Below are positions 19,172-28,200 of a stretch of DNA of 64,000 nt, piece after piece. Made by a program: the position numbers and the translations under genes. Positions within the stretch are counted from its first letter, which is position 1. The number at the start of each line of letters is the position of its first letter. The notes under the pieces were generated by a model. It was not told the DNA's origin. It saw only the letters and a program-made list of their open reading frames with translations, and ran no database searches. The DNA is from Brevinematia bacterium (lineage in GTDB: Bacteria; Spirochaetota; Brevinematia; Brevinematales; JAOACQ01), in the NCBI GenBank assembly GCA_049968515.1, contig JBMFQR010000005.1, positions 11,809 to 75,808 on the forward strand. The letters run 5' to 3'.

Positions 19172-20464
19172 TTATTTTTTCCCTTTCCACAACGGTGAAT
19201 TGGTAATCTTACCAGCAATTGCTGTAGCAGCAGCAGTAGCCGGGCTCATAAGATGTACCATTCCACCCTTACCCATTCTACCATAAAAGTTTCTGTTTGT
19301 TGTTGAGGCACAGACTTCTCCTTCCGCAAGTACACCATTACTCATACCAAGACAGGCACCGCAGGTAGGATTTGTAACGCAAAAGCCAGCTTCCATAAAG
19401 ATATCTATGATGCCTTCCTTTAAAGCCATAGAGTAAACCTTTGGTGTGGCTGGCGAGAGTATTCCTCTCACATTATCAGAAATCTTTTTCCCCTTTAAAA
19501 TTTCTGCAGCAATTCTTAAATCTTCTATCCTCCCATTTGTACAGCTACCGATATAAACCTGATCAACTGGAGTCCCCTCCATCTCTCTTACTGGCTTTAC
19601 ATTATCAGGCTTATAACCAAACGTAACCATTGGCTCAAGATCGCTTAAATCATACTCCAGAACCTTTTCATACTTCGCATCCGGATCTGAAATCCACTTT
19701 GAATATTCCTTTAAAGCCTCTTCCTTAGACGAAAACTCATTCTTTATAAATGGCCAGAGATATTCAACTGTAGTCATATCTGGATAGCATATTCCAGAAG
19801 TTCCACCGGCCTCAATTGCCATATTACAGAGAGTCATCCTCGACTCCATTGACATTTCATCAACAATCGGACCAACAAACTCCATTACATGGTCTGTGGC
19901 ACCATTCACCGTTATTTGTGAGATGATGTAGAGAATTACATCCTTGGCAAAAACACCCTCTGGAAGCTTGCCTTTTAAGACAAACTTCATTGTTTTAGGA
20001 TATTTAAAGGCACAAACTCCCTTTAAGATACCAACCTCAAGGTCTGTTGTGCCAACACCGGCAGCAAATGCACCAAATGCACCATGTGTGCAGGTGTGGG
20101 AATCCCCCATTATCACTGTATAGCCCGGTCTTACAAAGCCATGCTCGGGAAAAATAGCATGACAAACACCATTTCTTCCAATGTCAAAAAAGTCTTTTAT
20201 ATTATGGCGTCTTGCCCACTCTCTTAAAATCTTACCCTGCTCTGCAGTTTTAGAATCCTTTGCTGGAGTAACATGATCTATCACTGCCTTGATTTTAGTT
20301 GGGTCAAAAACCCTATCCTTCCCTCTCGCCATAAGATCCAATATGGCTATCGGGGTAGTGATTTCATGGCAGAATACCATATCAAGCTTTAACACAAAGG
20401 TATCCTCACTTGGCTTATCAATTAAGTGAGCGTAAAAAATCTTTTCAGCTATAGTTTTACCCAT
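19172..20464 (-). CDS. leuC: 3-isopropylmalate dehydratase large subunit (aconitase family, short archaeal/HacA-like type)
   Basis: 430 aa. Motifs DHVTP, MGDSHTCTHGAFGAFAAGVG, GSCTNGR and three cluster Cys. GGAGG RBS. Confidence 0.8.
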   Translation of the reverse strand: MGKTIAEKIFYAHLIDKPSEDTFVLKLDMVFCHEITTPIAILDLMARGKDRVFDPTKIKAVIDHVTPAKDSKTAEQGKILREWARRHNIKDFFDIGRNGVCHAIFPEHGFVRPGYTVIMGDSHTCTHGAFGAFAAGVGTTDLEVGILKGVCAFKYPKTMKFVLKGKLPEGVFAKDVILYIISQITVNGATDHVMEFVGPIVDEMSMESRMTLCNMAIEAGGTSGICYPDMTTVEYLWPFIKNEFSSKEEALKEYSKWISDPDAKYEKVLEYDLSDLEPMVTFGYKPDNVKPVREMEGTPVDQVYIGSCTNGRIEDLRIAAEILKGKKISDNVRGILSPATPKVYSMALKEGIIDIFMEAGFCVTNPTCGACLGMSNGVLAEGEVCASTTNRNFYGRMGKGGMVHLMSPATAAATAIAGKITNSPLWKGKK

Positions 20465-20529
20465 TTTTGCCTCCGAATAAATTATTTGTCAAAAGTTTTC
20501 TTATCGAAAACCTTATAACCCTTCTTAAT

Positions 20530-20921
20530 AAAAGTCTATCTTAATTTCTTTCTGAACGATCAGAAAGAAAGCCAATACACAGACTACCCTCTGGCAGTCT
20601 GTCACTACGTTATCTCGCTGCTGCTGGGCATCTTCCACCCTTAGATTTCTGGTTTTGTATGCCTGTAGCAAAATTCGGACAAAACTTCACCTCCTGTGTT
20701 CGGAAGCTGAGATCAAACGATGTCTATTTTTTCGGCCATTGCCCTCGTCAACGGTAACCAAACCGAAAAATATCCATCGTTCTCAATAGCAAAAACAATA
20801 GGTTATCCTCAACGGACACGTCCCTTCAGCAAGCTCAGGGCATAGTCTGTGTCCTTAACAAGGCAATAGCATATAAAAGCAGAAATCTATGGGCTTGTCA
20901 AAGTAGCACACCAGCAGCGGC
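20530..20921 (-). ncRNA. Unclassified structured RNA / long cis-leader upstream of leuC
   Basis: No ORF of 60 aa or more. About 45% GC by hand count over 20581-20880, versus ~20% in other spacers. GC-rich 8-bp closing helix (20911-20920 with 20616-20627). 15-bp interrupted hairpin 20718-20779 with nested CCGUUG/CAAUGG. GGACAC/GUGUCC, GUUUUGU/ACAAAAC and other stems. Several pairs are G-U only when read on the minus strand. Confidence 0.55.
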
Positions 20922-20947
20922 AGAATAAAACAACAAAAAAAAAAAAA

Positions 20948-20973
20948 ACAGAGGGTCAAACTTTTACTCCTGT
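20948..20973 (-). terminator. Weak hairpin overlapping the O-methyltransferase stop, followed by a 14-nt U tract
   Basis: Minus strand ACAGGAG-12 nt-CCUCUGU (6 of 7 positions pair) followed directly by T14 (20935-20948). Confidence 0.35.
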
Positions 20974-21984
20974 AATTATACTTCTGTTTAAAATTGTAGG
21001 CATATATCTTATCTTTTTAAAACCGGTATCGGCAAGTATCTGTTCAATTTCTTTGACTGAATAGCACTTACCCTCCGACAGCACCATTAAAAGCACAGAA
21101 TATTCTGCTACAGAGAGTGGCCCGTCTTTTTTTCTGTTTATGTGAGCATCATGAATAACAATCATGCCACCATGGCTTAAGTTTCTGTAAGAATTTTCAA
21201 TTACCACCTTTACATCATTTATATCCCAATCATGCAGTACATGGGAAATTAAATGAACATCATAACCGGTCGGCAGTTCATCCTTAAACATATCTCCAGC
21301 TATTACATCCATTCTCCCAGTAAGCCCGAGTTTTTTAATAGAGTAAGTTGCAACCTTATCCACCGGAGGCTTTTCAAAAACAGTTGCTTTAAGTCCAGGA
21401 TACTTTGATAATAATAATGCAGAGTAAATTCCAGATGCCCCGCCTATATCCAGAAGACTTTTGCGGCTTTTTAAGTTCAAAGCCTTTAATAATCCATTTG
21501 CGAGATATGCTCCACGGCTGTTCATTGCAGCAGTAAAACTCTCTGCAAATTTTTCCTCCTCCATGGCAGTTGACCATTCTTTTCCATCTTTTTTAACAGC
21601 CCAGCTCGCAGGCTTACCGGTTATCAGGACATTCTTAATAGCCTCACATATAGGCCTGTCTTTAAGAGAGATTACATATGAAGAGAGATCAAAGGAAGAC
21701 TTTTTAGTTAAAAATTGTCTTGAAGTTTCGGAGAGATAAAAGACTCCATCCATCTCATTAATGAACCCATAGGCTTTAAACAATGTAAGCATAACATCTG
21801 CCGGTCTTTTTTTGATATTAAGAGAATTACAAATCCCTTCAATATCTGACGGATTTCTATCGAGAAAGTTAAAAAAGTCAAAATGACTTACAGCAGAGAT
21901 AAAAAGATCGTTCGCAAAGGAACTCTCCCTTAGCCCAAATATCCTTTTCGGTGAAACTGGCGGGATTTTAAAAAAATCCTTCAT
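20956..21984 (-). CDS. SAM-dependent O-methyltransferase (Methyltransf_2-type with N-terminal dimerisation/wHTH domain)
   Basis: 342 aa. LLDIGGASGIYS SAM motif, and C-terminal HDWD and GGMIVIHD blocks typical of small-molecule O-methyltransferases. Confidence 0.7.
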   Translation of the reverse strand: MKDFFKIPPVSPKRIFGLRESSFANDLFISAVSHFDFFNFLDRNPSDIEGICNSLNIKKRPADVMLTLFKAYGFINEMDGVFYLSETSRQFLTKKSSFDLSSYVISLKDRPICEAIKNVLITGKPASWAVKKDGKEWSTAMEEEKFAESFTAAMNSRGAYLANGLLKALNLKSRKSLLDIGGASGIYSALLLSKYPGLKATVFEKPPVDKVATYSIKKLGLTGRMDVIAGDMFKDELPTGYDVHLISHVLHDWDINDVKVVIENSYRNLSHGGMIVIHDAHINRKKDGPLSVAEYSVLLMVLSEGKCYSVKEIEQILADTGFKKIRYMPTILNRSIITGVKV

Positions 21985-22801
21985 TACTTAACTCCTACAA
22001 GAAATATTCTTTTGAACACAAGCTCTAAATATCCATCTTTATCAGCCTGATTATAAAACTCCTCTTTTATAATGATCTTAAAACATTCAATATATTCTTT
22101 TGAGATTCTTCTATTATAATACTCCTATAATACTCCTGATTTAAATATCCAGCTATTGCTCCAGATGAAAAAATATCAAATGCCTCTTCAGGAGTATATC
22201 TTGTTTTCATTGTTTTTATTTCAGAAGAAATAACCTTAAAACCAACATTCTCAAAAACAGCATTATAATCTCTGGTATTTTCAGGCATAAAAAATGGGTT
22301 TTCCCAGTTTGAAAAAACTTCACAAGTTCTTTCATCTTTTCTTACTCTCTCAACTCCCTTAAGAAAATTTTCACAGTACCTTCCCCCGCCAGGAGCCTGA
22401 ATTCCCACCCTTCCACCTTTTTTGAGGGTAGAATGAAATGCTTTCACTGCCCGGCTGGGCTCTGTAAACCATTGAAAAGTGGAATTGCAAAAGATTACAT
22501 CGAATTCATCATGAAAATTCATTTCTTCAGCCTTCATTTTACAAAATGCAATATTGTATTTGCTATAATTCTTTTTTGCAGATTTAATCATTTCTGCAGA
22601 GTCGTCTATACCCACAATTCTTCCATTTGTTTTTTTTCTTATTTGTTTTGTAAGATTTCCTGGGCCACAACCGACATCCAGAACAGATTCATTCTCTCCA
22701 ATGTTCAGTAATGAGAATAATGTTTCAGCTGCCCCTTGTTGAACAAGGGAATTTTTCTCGTAATGTCCTGACACCAAATTAAAATCAACACCCTTTGTCA
22801 T
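21984..22801 (-). pseudogene. Tam-like class I SAM methyltransferase, frameshifted by an 11-bp tandem duplication at 22115-22136
   Basis: VLDVGCGPGNLT...VGIDDSAEMI...DVIFCNSTFQW resembles trans-aconitate methyltransferase. The current frame stops at 22067. Deleting one repeat copy extends the ORF to a TAA at 21984-21986 that overlaps the next ATG. Confidence 0.6.
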
Positions 22802-22805
22802 AAAA

Positions 22806-23372
22806 CTACCTTCCAAATATCATTTTTGGCGGTGTGACCACCCAGAATGCTCTAAGCACTTTATCACTTGTATTTCTGAGTATATGAGGTACACTTGCAG
22901 AAAAAGAAATGCTATCCCCCTCATTTAAGATATAACTTTTTTTGCCTATTGTAAATTCCCCACTGCCTTCTATAATGTAGCCGAGTTCCTTGCCCGGATG
23001 ACCATATTCAGAGCTTCCCTTCTGTGCATCTGGCTGTATCTCAAGAATGTATGCCTCAATCTCATGCTTCTCATTATCAGATATTCTTGAAAGCTGATAA
23101 TACGTAACACCATTCTGAATTGTCTTACGGATGTCATCTTTTCTCACAAGGATTACATTTCCTTCCTTTTTAAAGTCAGAGAAAATGTAATCAAGATCAA
23201 TTTCAAGAACATCAATAATCTTTAAAAGAGTGTCAATGGCGGGTGAAATTTTATCCCTCTCAATTTGAGATAGAAGACTTTCACTCACCTCAAGTTTATC
23301 AGCCACATTTTTTAGGGTAAGCCCTTTCTTTTCCCTTACCCTTCTTATTTTTGAACCAAATCTATACTTCAT
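22806..23372 (-). CDS. XRE-family HTH plus cupin-domain transcriptional regulator
   Basis: N-terminal IRRVREKKGLTLKNVADKLEVSESLLSQIERDK HTH. C-terminal cupin region (GYIIEGSGEF...EGDSISF...PH). Confidence 0.8.
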   Translation of the reverse strand: MKYRFGSKIRRVREKKGLTLKNVADKLEVSESLLSQIERDKISPAIDTLLKIIDVLEIDLDYIFSDFKKEGNVILVRKDDIRKTIQNGVTYYQLSRISDNEKHEIEAYILEIQPDAQKGSSEYGHPGKELGYIIEGSGEFTIGKKSYILNEGDSISFSASVPHILRNTSDKVLRAFWVVTPPKMIFGR

Positions 23373-23675
23373 ATACTTAAAAAATACTTATTTTTATTAA
23401 GTATAACTTAAATATAATATTTTGTCAAGATATGAAATGAATTTTTTTACACACAAAGCATAGGCAAAGATACGCTATGGTTTAGATGTATGTAAGACCA
23501 CTGTCTGTTTATCTTATAAACTTTTATAAAAAATGCATGAGGCAGGCAAGAGAGAAGTAATATTTTTTCTTTATTTTTATTGAAATTTTTACCTTTTGTG
23601 TTAATATATTAGTGGGTGGTTTTCTGTAAAGGCAGATTTTATAGTTTTTTCATTATCGTACCAATAGGAGTCTGT

Positions 23676-25166
23676 ATGAAGTTAATGAGGTTGTTTTTTT
23701 GCTTTTTTATCCTTGCCTGTTCCTCACAGAGGCCAGAAAAAATTAGACTTATTGAAACATCAAGTCAAAAGCAACCAGAATGGATACTTAAAAAGAAGCC
23801 CACGGATAATAATTACTATTTTGTCGGGATTGGAAAGAAAAATGAAGACATACAACTTGCCAGAAAATCAGCAATTGATGATGCCATATCAAGGCTTGCA
23901 GAATTTATCGGTTTTAGAGTCACAACAAAGTTTAAATCTGTAAAGGAAACCACTGATACAGGTGATTCCTCCACTTTCAAAGAGGAAATAATGCGTTCGA
24001 TTGAAGGGAAGTCAAGTGCCAGTGTCGCCACAGAAGTAGAAGATGTTTACTATGAAAGATACACTGATGGCTATCAGTTTTATATTCTTCTAAAATCACC
24101 TGTAAAATGGGTAGAAAATGAGAGAAAGAGACTAAAAAAGCTTATTGAGGATCAGAGAGAACTTGCTTTTTCTTATCTCAAGCAGGCCAGAAATCAGTTT
24201 GAAGCTGGCGAAGTTGCAAAGGCAATTGATAATACAATCGCAGCACTCTTAATATCTGAAAGAGCAGAAGAAAACTCGGATATTTATCTTGAAGCAAAGG
24301 ATTTCTTGCTAATCGTTATATCCTCTATCAGATTTTCCCTTCTGAATTCTCCAATGGCTATCTACCGGGAGGGTGGAAGTGATGAGATTCAGGTCATTGC
24401 AAAAACCACAAAAAACTATAAGCCAGTTGCAGGTCTTCTTGTTGAAGTTTCGTGTGATGATGAACATCTGACATTTCTTGCAAAAAAGGGTTTGCAAACA
24501 GACGAAAAGGGAATTGTTGCTGGAGAAGTAAACAATGAAGGTTCAACCAGAAAGGAAGCAGTTCTTTCTTTTTCTTTCTCAATGAAAAGGTTTGAAGAGA
24601 TAAAAGAAATAGATGAAGAACTTTATAAAAGCATAAAAAAGTATCAGGAAATGCTTAAGCTTTCATTAAAACTGGATATAAAAGATAGATATAAGGCTAT
24701 TCCTTCAGCTATTGTGATAATAGATTTTATAGAGGGAAGGAATAACTTTTTGGTTAAGTTTCAGGAGGAGGTGGCTGGTTCTCTTGCGAATATGGGATTT
24801 AATGTGTCAACAGTAGATCTTTCTGGGGTTTTAAAACGTGATGAATCCCCCGAAAAACTGAAAAACTCCATAATAAGTTTTATTAACAAAGAAAAACCAG
24901 AAATAAAAAATCTTATACTTATTTATAGAAACTTAAATTACCTTGGAGAACTCGGCAAGGACATAAAGTTCAGTGATTACGACCTGAACGATTCAGAAAT
25001 CAAGGTATATGAGCTCCAGACCTCCATCAATATAATTAACCTTGAAACGAAGGAAAGTGAAAAAGGGTGGAAGTTTTCAGTAAGAGGAAATGGTCTGAAT
25101 AAAACTCAGGCCATCGAGGTTTCAGAAAAAAAATTTATTGAGAAACTCAAAGAGATTTTTGATTAA
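23676..25166 (+). CDS. Lipoprotein, function unknown (N-terminal region tentatively LPP20-like)
   Basis: ATG at 23676 behind AGGAG. Lipobox ILAC. 40-nt gap to tamB with no terminator. Confidence 0.6.
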   Translation: MKLMRLFFCFFILACSSQRPEKIRLIETSSQKQPEWILKKKPTDNNYYFVGIGKKNEDIQLARKSAIDDAISRLAEFIGFRVTTKFKSVKETTDTGDSSTFKEEIMRSIEGKSSASVATEVEDVYYERYTDGYQFYILLKSPVKWVENERKRLKKLIEDQRELAFSYLKQARNQFEAGEVAKAIDNTIAALLISERAEENSDIYLEAKDFLLIVISSIRFSLLNSPMAIYREGGSDEIQVIAKTTKNYKPVAGLLVEVSCDDEHLTFLAKKGLQTDEKGIVAGEVNNEGSTRKEAVLSFSFSMKRFEEIKEIDEELYKSIKKYQEMLKLSLKLDIKDRYKAIPSAIVIIDFIEGRNNFLVKFQEEVAGSLANMGFNVSTVDLSGVLKRDESPEKLKNSIISFINKEKPEIKNLILIYRNLNYLGELGKDIKFSDYDLNDSEIKVYELQTSINIINLETKESEKGWKFSVRGNGLNKTQAIEVSEKKFIEKLKEIFD

Positions 25167-25206
25167 TCCTTCTGTTTTCTTTCAATCTTAAACAAAGTAA
25201 TAAGTT

Positions 25207-28200
25207 ATGAAGTGGTTAAGAAATATTTTATTTATTTTTTTCACCTTTGTTGTATTTTTGTATTTTCTTATTTTTATTGGTTCTATAATCTTTGTATCCA
25301 ATTATAAAAAAGAAATAGAAAATCAGATCGCGAAAGCCCTTCTCTTTGAAGATGCAGAAATCAAAGGATTTATACATATCCCATTTGTGCTTATAAGATT
25401 TAAAGAGATAAACCTATTCAATGTTGATGGAACGTATATAAAATTTAAAAATATGGATCTCTACTACGATATATTTAAGTTTTCTAAAGAAAACCCAGTT
25501 GAAATCTGCAACAAGATAAATATTGAAAATGCATCCCTTTATTTTCCCTACAATATTGCAAAGGATTACATTTTTGAATTATTAAAAAAATATTCCAATG
25601 TTTATCTCACACCCCGACAAAAGCATAAGGTTAATATTAAGGAGGCTTTTTTAAATCTTGATTTTTTCTCCGGGATTAATACGGCGACCAGCTTGAAAAA
25701 TGCAGAAATTTTCATTTCTTACAATTTATTGCAGCTTAATGGGTTATTTAATATGAAAATAGACCAGTTAAACAAGATCAATCTTTTAGATACAGAGCTG
25801 AATTACGAATTAAATTTTGGAATCAAAGATGGAAAAAACTTCATAAGTTTTTCCTCAAAATTTGATGTATCAAACTTCATTATCGGGGGATTGCCATTAT
25901 TAGAAAATGAAAATTTCGGCTTTTCAACTACAAACTTTATGAACATTAAAGAAAATATAGCCAAAAATCTCTTCGAGCTTAAATTTACAAATGACAATGT
26001 AACAATCTTTAATCTGAAAAAAGACTTTTTAATTTCTTATTCAAAAAAGCCCCGCACTTACCTTCTTGAATATCTTATGCCGGAAGGGAAATATTTCACA
26101 GAACTAAACGGAAATTTTAATGACAGAGATTTTCTTTTAGACTTAAGTATTTCAAATTACAATACTCTCGATAAACTAAATCTATCTTTTTTCAGCAAAA
26201 ATAATAAGAAAGCTGGCAAAATTAAACTTTCAAGTAGAATATTTAAAAATCTGAATGCAGATATAAACCTCAATAAAACAATAAACGGCGAGCTTTATTT
26301 TAATTTTGATTTATACAATCAACCACTAATCGGAATCTTAAAATTTGAGTATAAAGATAAACTTTTGAGGCTAAAATCAAACAAGCTTTTACTTGGTGAT
26401 ATAAATTTCGGCGGTTTTGATACATATATTACATTCTCATCAAACATATTATCAATGGAAAGCACCGAAACGTTATGGGGGATTGCCGCAAAAGGTAAGA
26501 TAGATGGGAATAAAGCAAAATTAACCCTTAAGTTCAACAACTCTTTAATAAGTTCAATTAATAGCTTTATGAATGCAAGTTTTAACATTATGGCAAAAAC
26601 AAAACCACTTACAATCGATGAACTTAAAGGGGACATCAACATAAGAAATTTCAAAACATCAGCCAGAATACTTTCGGGTGACTTTCAATACAGTAATAAA
26701 ATTCTTAATTTAAAACAATTATCCCTGTTCAATCTAATTAATCTAAGTCTTACAGATCGAATAGAAAGAGTGTTTAGAGGTTACCTTAACAATATTAATG
26801 GGGAAATAGTCATCAAAAAATCGACAAGGCTTCCACTAACAGGCAATATGCTCTTAAATCAAGACCTCTCCGTTAATAACTTCTTTTTCACAATTGATAA
26901 AGAAATTTTTGCTACCCTCACGAATATTACAAACTCTAATTACTTCTTTAAAATTACAGCTAAAAATTATGACACAGAAAGGTTTGGTCTTGATGGAAAA
27001 TTTAATCTTGACTTTACCTCTACCATTAAGGCAGGAAAACTGAATCAGCTAACAATCAACTCTGGTTACCTGTACAACAACCATCCCCTGAAATTTTATC
27101 TTAAGTCAATCAAGAACGAACTGGATAACAATATCTATGATATCCCTCTTTTTTCCCTTGAGACTGAAGACGACAAACTATTTGGCAAGGGATATGCAAC
27201 TACTGGTAAAAACAAAAGGCTATTTGTTTATTTTATAAGAGGCGGAAAGATAGATATTAACTTAAAAGATGATCTCCTTTCAGGTGAAATAAACATCAAT
27301 AAATTCATTCTCAGAAATCCTTTTGATAAAAAAGAGGAAAGCACACCTCTTTTTTTCAATCTTAATGCCACTTTTAAACAAAAAAATGACTTCGATATTT
27401 TAAACAATCTTGATGCATATGGAAACCTCTCAATATACGACATAAAAAACCAGGATTCGTTTTCGTTACAAATCCCCGCTTTTTCCTTCCAGAAAGGAGA
27501 ATTAAGACTTTCTTACTCGAAATTCAAATACTCAGGTGCAGACACTTCATTTTCAATCTACGGAAAAAATAATATATACAACCTCAACGGAAACTTCATT
27601 TTCGACAAATTGAGCTTCAATTATTATGCAAAAATCTTTAAAAATGGAGAAAACTGGACTGCCAATTACAAAATAGTAAATTTCAACATAGCAAACATTT
27701 CACAGAATTTTTATGGAAAAGTAGTAAAGGATAAACAATACCTTATCCTTTATTCAGAAGGTTCTTCTGGAATCACGGGATATGTGGGGCTTAAAAAGAA
27801 CATCGACTGGAAAATTGACTTCATAGGTAACAATATGGAAATTTACAGTGCCGGAAGCTTTATCAGTAATGAAATCTCAATGGATTTAGATTATAATATT
27901 CCTCTTTCTCTCCTTGAAGGAAAATTTTATATTAAAAAGGCAAAAGGAAACTTTAAAGGAAAGCTAAAGCTGGAAAACTCTGAAATAAATGGTTATATAA
28001 GCTTTGTAGATTGCAATGCAGGAGTGGATTATTCGAAAACATACTTATCCAATTTCAACGCCATAATGCCAGTGTCGAATAGCTCGGTACTTTTAGAAAA
28101 TCTAATAATCCCTACAACAACAGGAAACTTTTCAGTGAGTGGGTTTATTAATATAAAGGAAATTTCTACTCCTTACATTACAATAAAACTTCTACCTGTT

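Noticed and set aside
20465-20530. TTGACA just upstream of the leuC RBS as a promoter
   Set aside because: Only about 25 nt separate it from the start codon, and no -10 box fits between it and the GGAGG RBS. It is probably coincidental.
20530-20921. Could the structured region be RNase P RNA, tmRNA, SRP RNA, 6S RNA or a T-box leader?
   Set aside because: The length and closing helix fit RNase P, but the near-invariant GGAAAGUCC and ACAGAA..GGCUUA elements are absent. There are no tRNA-like 5'/3' ends or UCCACCA for tmRNA, and no SRP GGAA/AGCA motif. Only a partial T-box string (GGGUGG without UACCGCG) is present, and a 5'-3' closing helix is not T-box architecture. A second partial copy at nt 1-41 also argues against a single-copy housekeeping RNA. 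Kept as unclassified.
20519-20934. TTTTATT on both sides of the structured element, as a possible target-site duplication of a mobile, IS200/IS605-PATE-like or omega-RNA-like element
   Set aside because: A 7-nt A/T-only match is expected by chance in this genome. No terminal inverted repeats, transposase or TnpB/IscB gene is present, and the copy at nt 1-41 is followed by TTTTAAC instead. This remains only an alternative hypothesis to test by counting genome copies.
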